Shown here: piece by piece, positions 58,133 through 64,000 of the stretch
Position numbering within the stretch: the first letter of the stretch is position 1
Layout of the letters: each line of letters starts with the position of its first letter
Source: an uncultured Nitrososphaerales archaeon
GTDB lineage: Archaea > Thermoproteota > Nitrososphaeria > Nitrososphaerales > Nitrososphaeraceae
Reading direction: 5' to 3'
DNA length: 64,000 nucleotides
NCBI GenBank assembly: GCA_963713605.1
Contig: CAVQMO010000012.1
Span: forward strand, 64,001 to 128,000
Position numbers and translations under genes: made by a program
Notes under the pieces: model-generated
What the model was told of the DNA's origin: nothing
The model's input: only the letters and a program-made list of their open reading frames with translations
The model's database searches: none

Positions 58133-58735
58133 ATGCCTAAACAAATAAAATTAGAACATGTAATTTCTTTTAGTGACGCCATTTTCGCCTTCTCGATAAC
58201 ATTCATGGCCATAACGATACAGATTCCTAACATGCCCGAGAACCTTACTCAAACACAAGTTATTGACATACTATTAGGGCAAACTTCACAATTTGCGATT
58301 TATGTTATTAGTTTTTTCGTCATAGGGATATATTGGATTTCGTATCATCAAATCTTTAACCACATAACTGAATCTCGCGGGGTAATGATATGGTTAAACC
58401 TTTTATTCCTATTCTCCATAACTCTTATCTCCTTCGCTGTTGACCTTCAAGTTCAGTATGGATTCTATTACATTATATTTGCGATTTATGCATCAATCCT
58501 TACTCTCTCGGGAGGACTATTAACGATAATTTGGCTGCATGCAAAGAAGAAGGGTTTGATAGAGAATACGCTAAAATCGACAGATATTCAAAACCTTACT
58601 TTGCAATCTGTTCTTACACCAAGTGTCTTCGCACTTTCGATTTTGATTTCCATCATTAATGTGCAAATTGCATATTACTTCTGGTTGGTAATCATACCTG
58701 CAAAGATAGTAATTCATAAGCGGTATCCGTACTAG
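58133..58735 (+). CDS. TMEM175/DUF1211-family potassium channel
   Basis: FSDAIFAFSIT, YVISFFVIGIYWISYH and WLNLLFL. Confidence 0.9.
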   Translation: MPKQIKLEHVISFSDAIFAFSITFMAITIQIPNMPENLTQTQVIDILLGQTSQFAIYVISFFVIGIYWISYHQIFNHITESRGVMIWLNLLFLFSITLISFAVDLQVQYGFYYIIFAIYASILTLSGGLLTIIWLHAKKKGLIENTLKSTDIQNLTLQSVLTPSVFALSILISIINVQIAYYFWLVIIPAKIVIHKRYPY

Positions 58736-58927
58736 TTTCATCGCTGAAACCAACACTTATGGTATGATGATGATGGATCTGCATCTTGCGAGTACCACTC
58801 AAATTCTACTAGGATTATTGGTGATCCATGCCTTGACAAACAGGGTAATTTATAAGGGATTTGACTGGCCTTTACATATTCACTATCAGTGTGAGTTACC
58901 AAATCATCTAACCAACAAGATCATTGC

Positions 58928-59110
58928 TTACTGGTATCTTAACCCTATTAATTTGAGTTTCTTTGCTTTTGTATCCAACGATTGCTGTTTCTACTTCTCC
59001 GTTAAGAATGTCTTGGTTTATAGTTCCGTATTTAGATTCTAACTCCTGTTTAAATTCTGCGAGGTACTTTACTTGATATCTTTACGTTCGACCCTATCTT
59101 CTTTAGTCAT
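58928..59110 (-). pseudogene. Possible ribbon-helix-helix protein, frameshifted
   Basis: LAEFKQELESKYGTINQDILNGEVETAI pattern. Confidence 0.35.
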
Positions 59111-59463
59111 TTCTTACCTTTACCTTTTTTTGTGACATCTTTTATATAACCTCCGGTTTCAAGAGGGACACTAACCAATCGCAAGATGCAAAATGAAGAC
59201 ATTGTTCATGAAATATTGTAATAATATAGAGTTATGCCGGGACATTTACAGGGGCAATTCTTTCCTTCACATTCGGGATGTCATTCTGAGATATATGCTA
59301 GTAACTGATTCAATTCCTCACTTTGTTTATTGTCACTCATAACTATTCCTAATTTATGAGGGGTTTAATATTATATTTATAGAGGCATCCATAGCCAGGA
59401 CAGAAAGTGAAGCAAGGGTAACATCAAAATATATTGTTGCTTCAACAAAGATAGTAATAAGAT

Positions 59464-59733
59464 ATGACACTTGAACCTCCCAAAAACAAGGCTATACCTA
59501 ATCTAAATGCCCCAGATGATGAGTGGAAAAAATACTGGAATTCTTGTAGTATCGATGAGTTAGTAGATACTCTAGAAATGTTAGTTCAAATGGATAGAAA
59601 AAAGAAGCCTATCGAAAATAAATTTCTATATATAAGAGCATTAGAATGTAAAGACGCATTAAGCAAAACTGTTCGTGAGGTAATTAATATAAATAATAAA
59701 CTGATAAAGGATATAGAATTGGGGAAAAATTGA
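59464..59733 (+). CDS. Hypothetical protein
   Basis: 89-aa ORF. Confidence 0.55.
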   Translation: MTLEPPKNKAIPNLNAPDDEWKKYWNSCSIDELVDTLEMLVQMDRKKKPIENKFLYIRALECKDALSKTVREVININNKLIKDIELGKN

Positions 59734-59849
59734 GGGCCCTGTCTAGCCCAGACTCTGAGATCCCCCTTTCCGTTTCACAATCTTACTTGTTTATCTTTTC
59801 TCAATATCATAAGGACTATTCATAAATCCCATCCACACACTAGGAAAAG

Positions 59850-59969
59850 AGTTGTGCTAAAGAACAGTGATCCACGGAAGCTTATTTTTCCTGGGCTTGT
59901 AAACCTTCCTACCCCTTGACCCGTCCAGGTTGCCATTTCCTTATCATCTTTCGTTATCATACTACTCAT
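59850..59969 (-). pseudogene. Internal fragment homologous to 37310-37705
   Basis: MITKDDKEMATWTGQGVGRFTSPGKISFRGS versus TTKDGDIVGVWAHGRGRPTGSDLKASWRGG. Confidence 0.55.
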
Positions 59970-60165
59970 TATGTCCTGAAAGGTCAGTTCATTGCCAAGG
60001 TAGTTAGACTGTTATTGATGTGTTTCATGTACCATATGCATAGCTCTTGAAGGTATTCGTATGTGTAGGCTCCTGACTTGACCTTATGTAAAGGGAAAGG
60101 TTAAAACCTGCAGGAATAGAAAGACAGAATATGAACCATGTGGATTATGAATACAATCCAAATGA

Positions 60166-60597
60166 ATGTCTAAGATAATAATACTCGTAATCTTTGGTAT
60201 AATTCTAATAGTTTCAGTGGTCTGGGTAGGAACGAGTATGAATGATGTCTTTGTTGCCCAGCGAGAAGCAGATGAAGCACATAAGGACGTTGAACAGGCG
60301 CGACTAGAGGTTGACCAGGTACAACTAGAACTAGACCAAGCAGTAAAGGATTCTGGAGCAAATAAGGAAGTTGAACAGGCACGACTAGCGCTTGAACAGG
60401 CACGACAAGAGTCCGACCAGGCACAACTAGAACTAGACCAAGCAGTAAATGATACAGTTCCAATACTAAAAGAATGCATAAATGCTAACGGATATGACGC
60501 ATGTAGAAATGCAGTAATTGATGCCTGTATATCAAAGGGCGAATCGTCACTTAACGAATGTAGAGAACTATTTGAATTAGTTGAGAGGGAATTATAG
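60166..60597 (+). CDS. Membrane-anchored coiled-coil protein with an internal repeat and 4-Cys C-terminus
   Basis: TM anchor; VEQARL..QLELDQAV twice; four Cys. Confidence 0.7.
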   Translation: MSKIIILVIFGIILIVSVVWVGTSMNDVFVAQREADEAHKDVEQARLEVDQVQLELDQAVKDSGANKEVEQARLALEQARQESDQAQLELDQAVNDTVPILKECINANGYDACRNAVIDACISKGESSLNECRELFELVEREL

Positions 60598-60850
60598 AAA
60601 AAGGAAGAAGGTTCATTGAAATCTAAGAACTTATGGTACTATTGGGGGGAATAGTAGTAAAGACATATGTCATTTAGAAAGAAAAAGAGACCCAAATTGA
60701 TAGACGACTTTCCTATCTCCAATTCGGCGTTTATGTGTCCGTTCCTGAGCTCCTACTATTTTGATACTAAAGAGACCTAGGAATTTTTTCCCTTAATAGC
60801 TTTCATGTATATGACTGTTACTCTGACTAGTAACTGCTATTCTATCAGCT

Positions 60851-61402
60851 CTAGTTTTGTATTTGTATGCTAATTTCGTCTTCTAGATCTTGATTCTTAC
60901 TTAGCTGTTTTCGTAACCGGATTGCTCGCTTGAAATCATTATTGGCTTCTGCTATCTCGATGGCTCGTCCGTTTTCACCATATTTCAAATCAAACAACCG
61001 ACCTAAGATGCTGTCAAGCGTATCGATCTCATTTATCAGAATGTCAGACTCTTGTAAGTTATTAGATTCTTTCAATCTTATATTTAGCTCTTCAATTCTT
61101 TTTTTAAGAATATTTTCGAACTTGATGACATCAGCTAACTCCAATCGTATTCTGCTAGTTCCAAGTTGTACCTTTTTATGATCTTTATCTCGATTTAAGA
61201 TTGAATCGATTATTGTTACCGTCCAACGTACAAATTCAATTTCGTCTTTACGGTCTTCTATGTAAAGTGGGTTTAATCTTACATTAATTGCTATTTCCAC
61301 TTCTTCAGTAAGCGCCCCGACTTGCTCTTCGATTATCTTTCGTAGTTCGACGAGTTTATGTTTATACATTGTAGAAAGACAACTAATTTGCGATATAATC
61401 AA
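60851..61402 (-). CDS. Helical/coiled-coil hypothetical protein
   Basis: 183-aa ORF; decayed paralogue at 40465-40700. Confidence 0.7.
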   Translation of the reverse strand: MIISQISCLSTMYKHKLVELRKIIEEQVGALTEEVEIAINVRLNPLYIEDRKDEIEFVRWTVTIIDSILNRDKDHKKVQLGTSRIRLELADVIKFENILKKRIEELNIRLKESNNLQESDILINEIDTLDSILGRLFDLKYGENGRAIEIAEANNDFKRAIRLRKQLSKNQDLEDEISIQIQN

Positions 61403-61756
61403 TAAAATACCAAGAGAGCTGGGAGAGAGTGTATCTCCGCAATTTTGTTGGCCTATTGATAGCTTATACTCTGGTACTCTTATTTTGGCCCGTTTTTAGA
61501 ATATATTTCTTGACGAGATAGTTTACTGCTACTGAAGCAACGGCAACAACAATTCTTCTTTTAATAGACACTATTTATCATTTTGTAAAATTGAATTTAA
61601 TAGTATCACTTTGGGAGATCCTGATATTGTTCCGCGGGTATGTCACTGAACCTGTGATTGAAATCGACTTCAAAATCAAGAATCAGATTATCAGTAATCC
61701 ATGCAGCTGATTCACCGTAAATAGATAAAAGCAACCAAGCCTAATCGGTAATAATC

Positions 61757-61951
61757 ATGACATTGAGTCTGAATTGTAAGGAAGCCGGCGACCCTGTTTG
61801 CACTCATATAATGTATGGTGAAACAGAAGAAGAACTTCTTGCCAATGCAAAGAAGCATGGAATAGAAGTACACGGATACACAGAAGAAACATGGAATGAA
61901 GAAATCGCAAAGAATTCGGAAAGCTTCCAGAAGCTAATCAAACAGTCATAA
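61757..61951 (+). CDS. DUF1059 small metal-binding protein
   Basis: CKEAG..C..GETEEELL..HGIEVHG. Confidence 0.85.
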   Translation: MTLSLNCKEAGDPVCTHIMYGETEEELLANAKKHGIEVHGYTEETWNEEIAKNSESFQKLIKQS

Positions 61952-62166
61952 AGTTTTATCAAAGCCATCGGCTTCCATTTTTTTATTTAATTTAATTTAC
62001 TAACGAACAGAACCGGGAGAGAGTGTGCAGATTTATCGATAGTAGTTAACTTTGAATACTGAACACCGTCAGCCACCTTTACGCTTGTGATCGGAGAAAT
62101 CTCTTAGTTGATATTTAATGGGAGTGAGTCTAGTTAAGTAGGTTCTGGAAGATAGAAAGTAGAATT

Positions 62167-62539
62167 TTATGCTATGTGATGCTCATGAGTTAAAATTGTA
62201 TCGCCACTATGTTTCAGTACCTATCTCGTATACGTTGGAAACCTCCTTAACAATTATCACGCCACGAGGCTCATTCTGCGAACCCATGTTGTTCACAAGA
62301 TCATCAATAATTTCTTCTGCTAAAGTATCAGGTACGACTGTGACGACCCGAGTCCTAGCTTCATATTCTGGAGTGACTGTTCTGACACTCCATCCATCTC
62401 TCTCACGTATTTCTCTGCGTTTCATACGGCCTGCGCCCTGAACTTCATCGAAGGACATACCGCTGACATTGAAGTTACGAAGAATGTCGGTCACTTTAGA
62501 AAGATCCTCCTCGATAATATAGATATTTAATTCTTTCAC
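62167..62539 (-). CDS. P-II family nitrogen regulatory protein (GlnB/GlnK-like); 3' end probably frameshifted
   Basis: GMSFDEVQGAG, VVTVVPD, GVIIVKEV and EIGT; GTG start at 62539; the shifted frame gives KHSGDTIL to 62167. Confidence 0.82.
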
Positions 62540-62841
62540 AACTCCCAATCGCGGATCTTGTAGATAAGTTTTTCTTGACCTTTCAAGGAAACACGATCCA
62601 CTACTACTCCTATTAGTATTCAAATTTGAAATATTACAATGCCAGTGCATTCTATAACTCAATGAATCGAATCGCTAGGTAAACCATCGCTCTTACCTTG
62701 TTCATACAGTTTGTGTATATGCTAAAAATGACCTGGCTTAAAGATGGACACATTTAACCGGCTTGTTATACTGGCTCAATGTACATGTACTCCATTTCGA
62801 GTATCTCCGCGAGTTGTTTCAGCGAGTGAATCTGGTCTGAT

Positions 62842-63219
62842 TCAACGTCCCGCTGCTGTAATAAATCGGATTCTATTCACACCAAAAACGCAACAAAAGA
62901 TCATAGCTGGGCCCAGCGTGTCCAGTGGACATTCGCTAGACGTTGAGTTTGTACGGTTATTGCCATTATCACTATTGTTACTGCCCCTACTAATAGAACA
63001 TGCAATGAAACCAGCATTATATCCGTCCATGAAAGCATCAGTGCGAAATGATGGCCCACTTCCCGGCTGTTTGATGTATCTATCTGATGGACTGGAAATA
63101 TTTGCATCGTCACAACCATGGTCGCGTCAGGAGTCGTAAGCGTCACTGGTCGCGAAGGATGATGAGCTCGATACAAAAATTGAAAAGAAAATAACAGCAG
63201 CTGCTATTACTATTTTCAT
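62842..63219 (-). CDS. Secreted Cys-containing protein with an in-frame TGA at 63127-63129
   Basis: MKIVIAAAV signal peptide, YDS*RDHGCDDA..RYIKQPGSGPSF..FMDGYNAGFIAC, all in one frame. Confidence 0.65.
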
Positions 63220-63349
63220 AGCTATTAACTAATCTTCATCATCATTATCATCATCATTAGTTATAATGAAAAACGGTTGGTCAAGAATTTTACTTATGCC
63301 AGTCTTAACGGTAGACTGACTTATAATTACATCTGTCTATACATAGTTT

Positions 63350-63505
63350 ATGGAGTACAAGTGTGATAGATGCGGTTCTATCTTCACTGAATGGTATAGA
63401 CTGGAGATCCATAGACAGGTACACGATCGTAAGTCAAAGATCAAAGAGTACGGTTCACCAGAATTCAATGACTATAGATTATGGCATTACAAACAGGGCG
63501 GATAA
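63350..63505 (+). CDS. 51-aa classical C2H2 zinc-finger protein (below the ORF-track cutoff)
   Basis: YKCDRCGSIFTEWYRLEIHRQVH matches Y-x-C-x2-C-x3-F-x5-L-x2-H-x3-H. Confidence 0.8.
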   Translation: MEYKCDRCGSIFTEWYRLEIHRQVHDRKSKIKEYGSPEFNDYRLWHYKQGG

Positions 63506-63607
63506 TAGTACAGTAATCATCGGCGGCGCTTTGTGGGAGTAGCCTCGTAAGTTAATGGCTCCTATGTATAGCACGGTCTACAGGATCAATGGTCGTAGCT
63601 ATCGGTT

Positions 63608-63937
63608 TTGGGTCAAGCAAGTTCTGCAAAGCAAGATCAAGATAGTGTTAACAGCTTGTATCTCAAAATAGATGATAAGGAATATGGTTATGATGAGCTC
63701 GTTAAGTATAGAACTAATACTGGACCATTCAATGTTGTATTCCCAGACAATCCGGCTTTTGGAGTTCTGGAAGGCGGACCCTCAAAAACGGTAGCTGATG
63801 GATTTTATATCCTGACTGAACCATTTTCTAGGGGTAATCACACAGTTCATTATAAATCGAGCTTGCTTTGCTTAGACCCAGATTGTACGGAGCCCAATTT
63901 TGATCAAGATATTAAATATAACATAATTGCAAAATAA
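63608..63937 (+). pseudogene. C-terminal portion of an exported beta-rich protein, 5' part missing
   Basis: TGPFNVVFPDN, ADGFYILTEP and GNHTVHYKS; no signal or N-terminal region upstream. Confidence 0.5.
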
Positions 63938-64000
63938 AGAGATTCTTTGGTGGTAGTTTCTGTACAATCAGGAATCAGTAAAGTTGTTGCCTGTTGATCC

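Noticed and set aside
61421..62025. 12-bp direct repeat gggagagagtgt flanking the DUF1059 gene as a target-site duplication
   Set aside because: Low complexity, with no terminal inverted repeats or transposase

Overview
Accessory-rich region of an archaeal genome, most consistent with a soil ammonia-oxidising archaeon (Nitrososphaerales). This rests on a thaumarchaeal-type NuoB, TRAM, PH-SHOCT, DUF1059 and tyrosine-integrase families, plus many tiny zinc-finger genes. No rRNA, intact tRNA or CRISPR array was seen. The window holds stress, detoxification and envelope genes: aldo/keto reductase, Mhq-like dioxygenase with carboxylesterase, PspAB, HtrA, USP, CBS, two EamA transporters, TMEM175 and P-II. 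It also holds two subtilases, GSDH and NHL propellers, three integrase remnants and a lone nuoB. More than a dozen genes are split by single indels, typical of an unpolished long-read assembly, so pseudogene calls are provisional. The most notable observations are a Zn-finger/PIN-like nuclease pair, a duplicated secreted glycopeptide family ending in PPSMTP, and three in-frame TGA codons. Others are membrane-bound and DNA-binding proteins sharing a TrmB/PLD-like domain, and several unannotated micro-ORFs with paralogues inside the window. All family assignments are from motif recognition only, with no searches run.
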